From Paramecium tetraurelia (lineage: Eukaryota): 64,000 nucleotides of DNA. Under the pieces are notes generated by a model. The model saw nothing but the letters and a program-made list of their open reading frames with translations. It did not search any database and had not been told where the DNA came from. The translations under genes were made by a program, and so were the position numbers. The stretch lies in assembly GCA_000165425.1 (NCBI GenBank), contig CT868552.1:310001-374000 (forward strand), in the 5' to 3' direction. Below, piece after piece: positions 52,636 through 64,000 of this stretch; position 1 is the first letter of the stretch; each line of letters starts with the position of its first letter.

Positions 52636-54477
52636 TCAATTTTTTTTTAATGTTAATTATCTACAATTTATTACATCCTGGATGTGACATGAATTGTTGT
52701 TTATTTCTAAAATGTAGAGTACATCTCCAAACTCTGAATATTTTGGAACTATCTGATCTGGACAATTATGAAGAGAGAAAATTGAATTGTTTATTGTGAT
52801 TGGTTGTCCTTGTAACTATCCAATAGGTAGATTCAATTAATTTAAATTATCTATTGTTGCCGTTTAAGTATTGAATGTAATCATTTTATTTGCATTTTTC
52901 AGATGTTTGTAATACCCTCCATAAATTAAGATCTTCTATTCATCCAATTAGATACAACAACTTCGTATTGTAGCAAAGCCAGGTATCATATTTTTAACTA
53001 AAATGCTTTGCCATCTCCTTTCCAAATTACTATACTTTTCTATTGAATCCAACAGAATTCCTCCTTATCCTTATCCAAAAAATGTGTAAATAAATACTTG
53101 ATCCTCATTTTCAAAAACACATGAGGAATGATGAGATCGAGGTTCATTCAAAGCAGCAAACTCTTCCCATAATTAAGTATTCACAATAAACCTCCAACAT
53201 TTAGCGGTTACACCATCTAGAGTCTTACCCCCAATCACATAAATGAATCCCTTCACATATATTAAACTGTGATGATTTACAGGTTCTAATAAGTTGGGTA
53301 GTTGCAATAATCCATGAACATTGTCAAATTAATAGAATTTTTAACTAAGTACTGAATTATGGATCCCACCACAAATGTACAATATTAAATCACTTGTTAT
53401 AAGTGTTTAGGCATTCTCCGGTATTTTTGCACTTTCAGGAAGTGAAATCAATTAGTTCTCTTTTAATTGAATATCATGTATAAAAAGTGTCTAAGCATCA
53501 ATTAATGAATGTAAGTATCTCACTCTTGATTGCTCAAGAATTACAATCTTTTAGATTTCTTCATTTTAGTCAAACTATTAAATCAACTGATCTTCCAGGT
53601 TCTACTCTGTAATTGCTTAGAGATAAGTATGATTCAAGATTTGAGACTAAGCCAAGTTTTAGGGATTTATCAATGTCATCTTTCTTTCTAGTCTCTGACT
53701 ATTATTCCTTTCCATTGTGAAATGCAAGGTTTGTCTTGGCTTTGGTGCTCTAATCTCTGTCTTATCCATGTGGTTCTTCTCGAAAGTTATACTAATATAA
53801 TTTGAAAGCAATTGTGGAATGTCTTAGGTGAATTTATCATTTATTTTTAGATTTGGTTTCTTGTACTCAATTTTAGTTTTCTCTATGAATTGAGTAACAT
53901 TTTCTCTCATTTTCTTGATTGATGCTCTGAAATCCCTTTCGAAGAATTCTGATATTTAAAAGTCATTCGTGGATATGTATTCATTTAATTCAAACATAAT
54001 TTTCTCTAATTCCTCCTATAATACTTTCTTCTAGGTTAAATTTGAATGATTAGATGTTAAAGAAATGAATGTATGTTTGAGTTCATCAAAGAAATTAGCT
54101 ACAGCCTATTGCAAAATTGTTTGACTTCTTTATAATAACTATAAGCCTATTCTTTACTATTCAACTAAATTATACTCTGGTTACAATGTTTACATTAATA
54201 AATCTAATTCTTAACTTAAATCAGTAGCCTCCTTTTGAACTTCACTTCTCAACGTACTCAACTCTACCAATTGATGTATTTTTCTAAATTGCTTGGTGCT
54301 GTGCTCAACAACACATTTCTAACACATTGCTTTGGAGCACCCCTTACACCAGAATTGTAATATATTTTGATGAGTAGGATTCTTGCAATAAGCTCTGAGC
54401 TCATGATGATCTCCGCTCAACTTATTCTCGCTGCCTTTGTTAAATTAAATATGATTCTATGATAATATGTTATTCAT
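52636..54477 (-). CDS. B-box zinc finger + coiled coil + kelch-repeat protein
   Basis: CKNPTH...FWCKGCSKAMCQKCVVEH; kelch blades YICGG, HHSLIYVKGFIYVIGG, RSHHSS, ILIYGG. Confidence 0.85.
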
Positions 54478-55780
54478 TATTTTTTCGAATTCAATTAATA
54501 GTTCTCCAATATGAATTATTGCATAGCCCGTTCCTCTGGACTCATAAACTAATCAAAATCCCCTTAGTCTCCAAACTCTGAATGGTCTATAGATGCCTTT
54601 GCCTTAGAATTTTAATTTTATCTATTGACAAGAGGTTATTCTTTAAAATTGGAATCCCTTTTCTATTACTTCAGTTGATCCAAGATCATTTTTTATTGCA
54701 TTAACTCTTCCTCTGAAAACCTCAACCCTTCGATTTCAATTTACTCCTTTTTCTCTGCACAGTTTTAGACACTCCTTTTAACTTGTTACCTTGATTAAAG
54801 ACTTTTTGTTCTCACATCTTGATTGCTATTTTTAGCTTCGGGATTTCTTTTTGGATTCTATATTTATCTTCCAATCGGAGGCAAATTTGAATTCTTGGAC
54901 TTGCTTGCTAAAAGATTATTCACTTCTCCTTTTGGATTCACTTGCTTTTAATTACTCTGTTGTCTTATTCTATTTTAAGATATAGATGGTTTGTTATTAT
55001 TAAGACTTGGTCTTTATTTTAATAAGGAATTTGAAGACGGAGGTCTAATTGGTTAATACTTAAAGTATTTATCAAATTCAATTTACTCTTTTTGTTTATT
55101 ATCCTGAGATACTTAATGCTGTAAAGATGTTTATTTTTGAATTGACCCAAAACTTATCTCTTTCGATTGTATTTTGCCTACTTATTATTATTACTATTGT
55201 TAAGGAACTTATTTTTTTGTTTTAACCTATTATGATAATGCATCGATATTTGATTATTTCTATTAACTCTTTTGTTGTTGATACACCTTATTAATCTCCT
55301 CATTTGGAATTTATCGTTTTTCTTAAATAGACGACGGCCTTTAAATTTGTTTCTCTCTTAGTTGTGTCTCTTAACTGCATTTCTGATTATGGGCATTCAA
55401 ATCCCTCTTCATAACGTAATTCTAACACATCTGGCATTTTTCAGTTCTGCTTCCACACTGATTCTCGTGTTGATAAATCTAATCCAATGGATAACTGAGT
55501 TCACAATACAAACATAATTGAGGTGTTTTTTGGCATTTATGTTTAGATAAATCTAGGAAATCAAAACAATATGATAACCATCAAAATCTACGTAACAATA
55601 CTAGCATTTTTCTTTTTTATGGTAATCTTCTTCATGAGATTCAGGATCATTTTTGTCATAATATTACCCACATCTATCGCATTTAATATTGAATCGTATG
55701 CAATAGGTTTCATGAAGAACCAATTTAGTCTCTTCAATTAATTAGTTACAATTTGAACAAGGGCTACAATTTGCATTCAT
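54474..55780 (-). CDS. TRAF-type zinc-finger protein (XAF1/TRAFD1-like N-terminus)
   Basis: CSNCNQLIEETKLVLHETYCIRFNIKCDRCG and CQMCQNYVMKRDLNAHNQKC; Q-rich middle; ends MSPEERAMQQFILENYQLNSKKQ*. Confidence 0.8.
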
Positions 55781-56340
55781 TAATTAATAATCCAAAATAT
55801 TAGTATACACATTTTATTTTCTTTGTCATTAACATATGCACTTAAGAATAAGTACCAATTATTGAAATACTGTTTTAGATGTGCTTTTTTATATTCTCTT
55901 TCATATATAATTATGAACTTATTAACACTTTATAAGTCTGAAAAAATCATGTATTATTTTATATTAATTTTATTATTTATGGTTTTAGACTATCAAGAAT
56001 TCTGTATTGCATTGCAGAGATTAGGATAGTCATGAGACCTAAATTAATTTATTGTGTAATTGGGATGATGGCAACTTCGATTATTAAGTTAATGTTTCGA
56101 GGTTCCTAGATTCTCAAACATTATTTATTATATTAATAAGTTATTCATTCTATCACTCTCGCACCATCCTGCTTTACTGGGTGCACTAAGACCTATTTTC
56201 TAGAGAGTTATGAATCAAATATGATAATTTTCATTTAAATTCTTGCTGTGTAAAGTTATCAGAGTACGAACAACTTTAATCACAGAAGAATGCTTATTGT
56301 ATTAGTCTAATTATTTGATATTATTGTATTCATTAATATA

Positions 56341-56798
56341 ATGTTTATAAATAAATTCATATATTCATACTTTATTGCCGTGTCCATAATTTATGGATTG
56401 ACAGCATTTGGATTCCTATTCAAGGTTTTCAATCCAGCATAAAAAGTAATTAATCGCATTTATACCAGGCATTGTCAAAAGTGTTAAGATAATAGCCATT
56501 CTATGGTTATTTGAAATTTACATATGGCATAATTAGCTTTGGAATTTGCCTTTTATGGGTTTATAATTTTGATCAAGTCAAAAAGCAACTTGAACATATT
56601 GACTCGCATTTGGATAAAACCACATTGGAGTACATTGAAGATAAAGAGGATTTATATAGAGATGAAAGAAATCTTTACCTTTACGCTGGTGCATTTTTTG
56701 TCACTTTAGCAAATTTAAGAATATTCAGCTTAATACATGATTATTATGAATCATTTGACAGAACAGAGATAGCATAGAAAAAAATAAAGGAATAATGA
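56341..56798 (+). CDS. BAP31/BCAP29-like ER membrane protein
   Basis: Three hydrophobic segments and LYRDERNLYLYAGAFFV (BAP31 FRAQRNLYI motif); ends KKIKEQ. One intron. Confidence 0.7.
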
Positions 56799-57605
56799 TA
56801 TAAAAAACATAATATTAAATAGTTATCAACACGTAAGTATTAGTGACTATGATCTCCATTTCATTTTATGGATTTTGAGGAATGCTAAAATCTTTCAAAG
56901 CATTTTATTTTCTATAAAAAGTGAAAAATTCTCATTGTACACATGCTTTATTAGCTTGAGAGGATTGAGACTATGGGATAATTTACAATTAGGCTCTCCT
57001 AAAAAAGATTTAATAATTTTCGAGTTCATCCAATATTATTCTGGAATAAATTATTCCTATCTTATCAATTATAAAGAATTATTAATCTAATTATGTATGA
57101 TTCTATATTATCACTCTCCTCTTTGTCTATATTAAATTCTTTTTCCATGCAAGGTTATGCCACTTTTTGCATATATTGAATCTAAGAATTGGAGAAAATA
57201 AATTTAAGTCGTTTTTAAATTAATTATCGAAATTGTTGTAAGATTAAAACCTCATTTTTTTAAGCTTCTATATGTGCAGTTTGAGAAATCAAGTCAATCC
57301 TAATTTTTTGGTGTATCAGTATTTATATCATAAATAATTTTTATTTTTTTAATGAAATAATATAATCTATCAATTAGATAATTTAGTATTATTTGAAAAT
57401 AGAAGATCACTTAATTTTATAATAATGGATTTTTAAAGGAGTATTGGTTATATAAATCTAGTTTGTAAGTAATTATCTTAAACAGTATTTTTAATGAATA
57501 AATATGAAAAAAGGAATTTCAACATGAATAATAATAAATTATTGAATTTAAATTAATGCATATACCTGAGGCTTGAAAGATGAAACTTTATTTATATATA
57601 CATTG

Positions 57606-58694
57606 TCATAATATTAAAGTGAATAATTGGGATAACAGTATCAATATCAATACAATTATTATTACTTTTGATGCTAGTCTTATTTGATGATCATTTAATT
57701 CAGGTAATTTGAATTTTGAGTTTTTTGAAATAAGAATTTAACTCTTTCTCTGTTGAAATACATTTTGATTATCTTTTGTTATTTGTTAGTCTGCATGACT
57801 ATCATTTTTTATTTATTATTCCGTAGAATAATCTTTTTTTTCTTATTCTTCTGTTTGAAACTACTCCTAAATGAAATCGTTAAATTCATTAGAATTGAAG
57901 GTGATATTTCTAACAGCTTAGACTCTGAATTCCTTAACAACAATTTATTTGGGGGATTGTTGTTTAGGTTATTCATTTTTAAGATTGTCTAAGTCTTCGT
58001 CTTTGGGCCAATCAGATGGGTTGAATTCAGGGAAATCTTGGAATTCCAAGAGTTCTTCTTTTCTGGGTAAGTATTTTTCTTTTATTTTATCAATAACTTG
58101 TTAATTGACTTGGTGAAGGCCAATTTTCTAATCTATTTAGGTGATGAGTCCATTTAATCTTTGATGTGTGTTGAGGATTTCTTCGTTTTCTTCGATGATA
58201 GGAAGTTCTTTTGGTAGAGATTTGAGTTTGGTTTCTGGATTATAAAATTCAGGACTTTTGTCTGTATGTGCATTGTTGGTCCCTTCTGGGGAATCAAAAA
58301 CCTGTTCTAGATTTTGTGCGAGTTCATGTAATGAATTATGGGAAGAACCATATTCGCTGGATGTTTTGAGATGATGAAATTCTTCATCTTGATGAGGACT
58401 CTCTAAATTGTCAGATTTTCGATCGGAAAGTCTTTGAAAGGTTGTGAAATATTTTTCGCAATCCTTTTCGGTCAACTTTTTGTAAGGAGAGACGAGGAGC
58501 TGTTTTTCTTCGGGAAGAGTGTTATGGAACATGGTGGTGATGGAAGAGGTGAATGTGTCAGCAGTTCTGTCCATGCCAATATATTTGTGAATGATTTGAT
58601 CAATTTGGAATTCTTTATTGGGTGTGGAACAAGAGGACTTGCTTTTTTTAATGGGATCTACGGTTATGGCACTGCCACATACTTATCGAAGCAT
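57606..58694 (-). CDS. Hypothetical protein, probable C-terminal tail anchor
   Basis: ATG at 58694 is in frame with track ORF 58137-58574. After a probable intron it ends KVIIIVLILILLSQLFTLIL*. Confidence 0.65.
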
Positions 58695-58710
58695 TCAGTT
58701 AATTATTTTA

Positions 58711-60279
58711 ATGGCGAATCGACTAAAAACATAAATCCAATTTAGTGATGATTAATCTAATTCGAATACATTTGACACTATTGAAACCAAAAGATTTGAA
58801 GATCATTATGAATGTCTGTAGACCATAGGTATGAGATTCAAGTTATCATGAGTGTAGGCTAAGGTGCTCATGCAGTAGTAAAGACAGCCAGGAAAAAAGG
58901 AACAGACGAGATCTACGCTGTGAAAATAGTGCGTTCTGGAGATCAGGAAATTTAAAACAATGTGAGGAGGACATTTAACAATACTAGGTGTCTAAAGCAT
59001 TCAAACATTGCTCAGGATATTGAATTGTACATCAATGAGAAAAGCGAAACCTCCTTTTTAGTTATGGAGTACTGCAATTTTCCCAGTTTGGAGACTGTCA
59101 TCAAGAAGCGTGTATTGACATCAGAGGAGTTAAAAGTGATTATAAAATAATTGTTGCTTGCAGTCTAGCATTCTCACTCCAAAGGCATTTGTCATAGAGA
59201 TCTTAAACCTGACAATATACTTGTCAATTTGGAGGAGAATAGCAATCCACCACATGTGAAACTGGTGGATTTTGGAGTTTCCCGTCGATTTGTATCCAAA
59301 GGACAAGAAATTGATATGCTGACAAAAACAGGCAACATTTTTTACTGTGCTCCTGAAATATTTCATAGTAGTAGTTACTCAAAAGAAGTTGACATTTGGG
59401 CAATAGGAGTCATCATATATTAATGTACTTTTCAAAAATTACCTTTACATTCCAATGAATTATCAGATTTTATTAATTTATTAGGCAGTCCAGATAAATG
59501 GACATTCAAAGAATCTTTAACTTAACTTGAGTTGCCATTATCTAATTTAATAATGTCAATGCTTAATCCAAAATCAGAAGGTAGGATAACAGCAGAGGAA
59601 GCTATTCGACATCCTTTCTTTGAAATTGGAACCATTCGTGATGTCATGGCTTTGTTGAGTAAAGATAATATAGAACGAGATAATTGTGAAAGGTGTAAAT
59701 CATTGTAGAATAGTTTAAAAATGAATGAGCAATGGGGGAATGTAATCAAAAAGTTACAAAATAGCGTTAATGAGAATGAAAATATTAATATTAATGATTT
59801 AGTCCAAGACTTCGGGAATATTCACATCATCCAAAGACACACTGTAAAATGTGGTTAAATCCAATTAATGAACTCAGTTGGAAGTAGCAATGCATTTATG
59901 AGTAAATTGGGATCCAGACAAGAAATACTTGATAAAAGTTGCGGCCTTCAGTTTTGTGGTTCATCAAGTATCTGTAATTTGAAATAACCCCATAGATAAG
60001 ACAATCCATCAAGATCCCTTTGGAGACATATGCAATATTCAAAGCAGCTTGGAGATGAAAGAAGAACTCTATAATTCAAATAATAAACTAATCTTCTAAT
60101 TAGGAAATATTTTGGATTAAAATTAAGAAATTACTCCAAGTGAATGGCAATTGTAAACACAAAAGCAAAATATTCAACAGGAACAATAAGGTTCAAAAAA
60201 GAGAGGGTCATAAGTTAATAGGATGCTGAACGAATTAGGTATTAAGGAAGTGGATGAAATTACTGAAGATTAATCTTGA
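58711..60279 (+). CDS. CAMK-group Ser/Thr protein kinase
   Basis: [55 protein letters not shown]. Confidence 0.92.
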
Positions 60280-60615
60280 TCAATATTCATTGATATCTTA
60301 ATTTTTTTAAATTTCTGACTCTCCTCTCGATTATTACTAACTAGCTATATAGATTATATTTCTTTTGTAATTCAATACATTATACTTTGTGTCCATCCAT
60401 CATCCAATCATTTTAGTACTCATTTCTTAAGTAGTAATTAAACTTCAATAATTTCTATATCTATAATACCTTGATATATTAAATAATCCAACAGCTATTG
60501 ATTTTGATATCAATTATAATTTGGAATTCAAAATTATAAATATTATTTGCCAAATATTAGAATACTTACACTATATCAAAAACCAAAACTTACAAGGTTC
60601 AATAAATAAATATTC

Positions 60616-61929
60616 ATGGCAGATTAATCACTTAAAGGAACTAATTGGGGCAGAGTCAATATAGATGATAAGAATTTGAGTTTATCTCATCTCACTCAAA
60701 ATGTCATTAAATTCCCTCTCAAGAGAATTACAAATTCCAATATTCAAAAGAATGATATCGTACTACAATTAAGTACTGATGAATGTGCAGAAAAGTATCA
60801 AATATCATAGTATTCTTTATTAGTGAAGACATGTTATGTGAAGTCAGATTTTATATTCCTCCGAAAGAACAAGTATGTTTATAATATTAAAATACTAGAA
60901 AGCTGAAAAAAAGAAATAGGAATCAAATGAAGAAGAATAAGATGAAATCTCATACCTATAACAAGTTTAGAATCACATTGTCAAAAAAGCAAAAATTGGA
61001 GGCAGCAGCGATTCCATACTTACCATTCACGAAGTCCCATTAATAGTTCCCAGGGGAAAATATACAATGGATTTCTTTAAAAAAGACATTCGCTTTCATG
61101 GCAACACCTATCAATTCACTACCGATTATAAGAGTATAACCAGATTCTTCTTGCTTCCAATGCCAGATGAAGTCAATCTTTCCTTAGTTGTTGGTCTTGA
61201 AAATCCCATTAAGCAAGGTCAAACTGCTTATAATTACATTGTGATGCAGTTTAGGAAGGACTTGGAAGCCTAAATTGAGATGAAGTACACAAGAGAGCAA
61301 TTAGACAATATTGGATGGAAAGGCATTCGATTAGAATACTCAGGTTCCATGTTTGATATAGTATGCGATATTCTCTCAGAAATCACAGGAATCAAAGTAG
61401 TATCACCTAAGAATTTCAAATGCAAGAATGGTTTATTTTGTCTGAGATGTTCAGTCGTGCCTCATTCAGGATTCCTATTCCCATTAGAAAAATCCCTGCT
61501 TTACATCTAGAAACCAGTAATCTACATTAAACATGACGATATTAAGGAGATTATATTTCAAAGAGTAATTATATACATAAAATCTATTAGATCACACAGA
61601 CAACTCAGAATAAATTCTTTGATATTAAAATTGTCACCAAGAATGCATCTCATTTATTCTCTACAGTAGATAGAGAAGAGTTGGATAACCTATCATAATA
61701 CTTTAATTCCAAGAAATTACAAGTGAAAAAAATACAAGAAGAAAATGAAGGAATCAAGAATGGCAAGGATGACAGTGAGGATGGCAGTTAAAATGGAAAT
61801 GATCATAAACTCACTTTGTCTTAGATGGATTCTGATGAAGATGATGAAGACTTTTAAGCATAAGAAGATTCTTATAATAGTGTCCAATTTTAACAAAAAG
61901 TTTAAAAAACAAGAGCTGTTAAAAAATGA
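60616..61929 (+). CDS. SSRP1: FACT complex subunit SSRP1/Pob3
   Basis: KGTNWG, CEVRFYIP, VPRGKYTMDF, FFLLP, LENPIKQGQTAY, GFLFPLEKSLLYIQKP; acidic tail. Three introns. Confidence 0.92.
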
Positions 61930-62090
61930 ACAATAATATATATTTGAATATTAAAATAAATATTTAAAGGTTCATCATTAATATTTTTGACTCTAAGAAA
62001 TTATTTTTAATTTAAAATTAAATCTATTAAAATCAATTTTCATTTTTAAACTAAAAAAACAAATAAAATAGAAGCAAAAAATATTTAATC

Positions 62091-63776
62091 TCAAGAATTC
62101 AATTTTGTTTAAAGAGACTAGTTATAAAAATTTCTTATTTTTAAATTACTCTCGTAATTAGATGATTTCGTTTTAAATGATAAGTAATCTGCAGTAGAAG
62201 GAACTTCGATTGAGTATTTTTATTGGGGACTTAAACTTTGTAATCTCATATTGATATATTGTTAAATCGGCCTTATTTTTTATATTCCATTGCTTGTATT
62301 GCTCTCTGTTGTTTTAACCTAACTTATTTTCTTCTGTTATTCTTTCTATTGCTATCTTAAATATGCCTTTAACTGTTTTGCATTTGTGAAGCCTCCTGTT
62401 GACTTTCGAATTCGAATATTTTAACTGATTTTGTTAATTACACAATTCTTTTACACCTTCTCTTGATGAGCAACTTAAATAGTTATAAATATATTAATAT
62501 ACCTAAAGCTATGTAGCAATCTAAACAGACTTATAATTTTTTATGCAAAAATCCATCAGAATTTTTAAAATATTCGAAGTTTGTGTAATTTAACTTTTAG
62601 TGAATCTTCTAAAATACCAAGGGAACCTGTGTTATTGTATTTAACAATGCTTGGGTTCCAGCATTAGCCCCTGCCACTTTTACTGTTTTGGCCTCTTTCT
62701 TAATTTCATTTGGCCATTGATCAGCGGGCAGACTTTCTTCATTTTAATCTAAAATATAATGATATGGAATATCAATGAAATTGTTCTCTTTGTCAATGTT
62801 ACCGCACTTAATGCATTTAGATTCCTTGTTCAATTGCAATGGTCTTTGACTATACACAGACATAATGCCATCCACTGATTTTGGTATTTAAATTTATGAT
62901 TGCGTGTATAAATCCTTTGGATAATTCTTAAAATGCTTATCGTCATCGAATTTTAGACTTCCACAAAATAGGAACCAACATTTAGCTTATTTGTCAACCT
63001 TAAAATAAAAGGTTCCTTAACTTATATTCAATTTTCCAAATGATATTGCATCTAAATGATTAATCATCTTTTCAATCTATTCAGATATTCGTTAAGATTA
63101 GAAATCCTTCACTTAAGCTAAGTTTTAATGATTATACTAATATCTTACTTGCTTCACTCAAATATTCAGGTCCTTCGAATGTACACAGCCTCTCATAAAT
63201 ATTCATTGATTTGTTCAGATAACTTTTCTTTGTCACTCTCTTGGTGAAGAGCGTAACTGACTTACTCCAAAATGCCTATATTTATGCTGATTTTAATGAG
63301 ATGAATACAATTTTTGTCATCTGCTGCCTCAACGTATCGTTAGAGTATTCCAAAGGGAAGCTCCAAATTTGAATTCATAAAGTTTTCGAACCCTTTTTCG
63401 TCAAAATACACAATCTAAATTTAGCCACTTATTTTGAGCTTCTCAGGTGGATAATTCAAGTCTAAATTTTCTCTTGATAATGTTAAGTATGCTATTTATA
63501 CATAAAATGCAGCAGATATCCTACTACTCCAGATCTCCCAACCTAATTCAACCAGGTTTCTTTTATATTTTCTTTCGTAACGTTTTTCCTCATCTTTTTT
63601 TTCACCTCCCCTGTCTCCTTATCTGTAAAATACCAATATATTGGCATCGACCTTATCAAAATCACAGTGTCTGGTATTAACACAGAAGGTGGACTCGACG
63701 TCTCAGACTTAACCCAAAGATATTGATATATTTTATCATAAAGTATATGTTCTTGCACACTTTCACTAGTAAACAT
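62091..63776 (-). CDS. Conserved-looking hypothetical protein (IPDTV..WYFT..G..KKK N-terminus)
   Basis: Track ORF 63543-63776 continues through TAG=Q and tiny introns to a TGA at about 62091. Confidence 0.7.
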
Positions 63777-63808
63777 AATAATTAATAAAATTAATATTTG
63801 TTAAATTG

Positions 63809-64000
63809 ATGGATTCATACAATGAAACTAAGTACAAGGAATTAAAGAAGAAGTATGCAATTCTCATGAAAGTACATATTGTCGCCTATAGGAATAGCAA
63901 TATCAAATGATATAATAAGAATATGAAAAAGTTAATAGCGATTTAGCAGAATCTATTTAGGAGAAAAGGATACTCCAAAATAGAATTAATGAAATATTGG
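63809..64000 (+). CDS. Coiled-coil protein, partial (runs off window)
   Basis: MDSYNETKYKELKKKYAILMK/EQQYQMIQQEYEKVNSDLAESIQEKRILQNRINEIL with a 20-nt intron. Confidence 0.65.

Noticed and set aside
56032..56340. Open frame upstream of and in frame with the BAP31-like ATG
   Set aside because: With TGA as the only stop, about 100 open codons can arise by chance; BAP31 homology begins at 56341.
58434..58745. 103-aa plus-strand track ORF
   Set aside because: Antisense to the minus-strand gene 57606-58694; it has no ATG start and no motif.
1..64000. rRNA, tRNA, telomeric repeats, transposase or terminal inverted repeats
   Set aside because: None recognised by eye. tRNAscan-SE, Infernal and a DDE-domain HMM search would be needed to exclude them formally.

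Overview
AT-rich, extremely gene-dense eukaryotic DNA with the hallmarks of a Paramecium (aurelia-type) macronuclear chromosome. TAA/TAG read as Gln and TGA is the only stop, genes are split by tiny (about 20-32 nt) GT-AG introns, and intergenic spacers are often under 30 nt. The supplied standard-code ORF track is therefore fragmentary, and many of its ORFs are antisense artefacts. Re-translating by hand with the ciliate code gives about 40 genes. Recognisable ones include SEC61A, COQ9, a degenerate hybrid histidine kinase, a CK1-like pseudokinase, COMMD5-like, RPN13, OPA3-like, CDK20-like, KATNIP, CFAP210-like, a SPEF1/SPATA4-type CH protein, LRR, kelch, NEK, PRA1, kinesin-1, VPS9-like, MRPL11, CRAL-TRIO, an alpha/beta hydrolase, MINDY4, B-box/kelch, XAF1/TRAFD1-like, BAP31-like, a CAMK-type kinase and SSRP1/POB3. 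There are also several hypothetical genes and decaying pseudogene remnants. I saw no rRNA, tRNA, CRISPR, transposon or telomere. The most notable observations are an intact hybrid histidine kinase that has lost every phosphorelay residue, lying 23 nt downstream of a CK1 pseudokinase, and extreme gene packing: stop codons overlapping on a TCATGA palindrome, an ATGA stop/start overlap, and divergent ATGs 8 nt apart. All coordinates and family calls are manual, without database searches.
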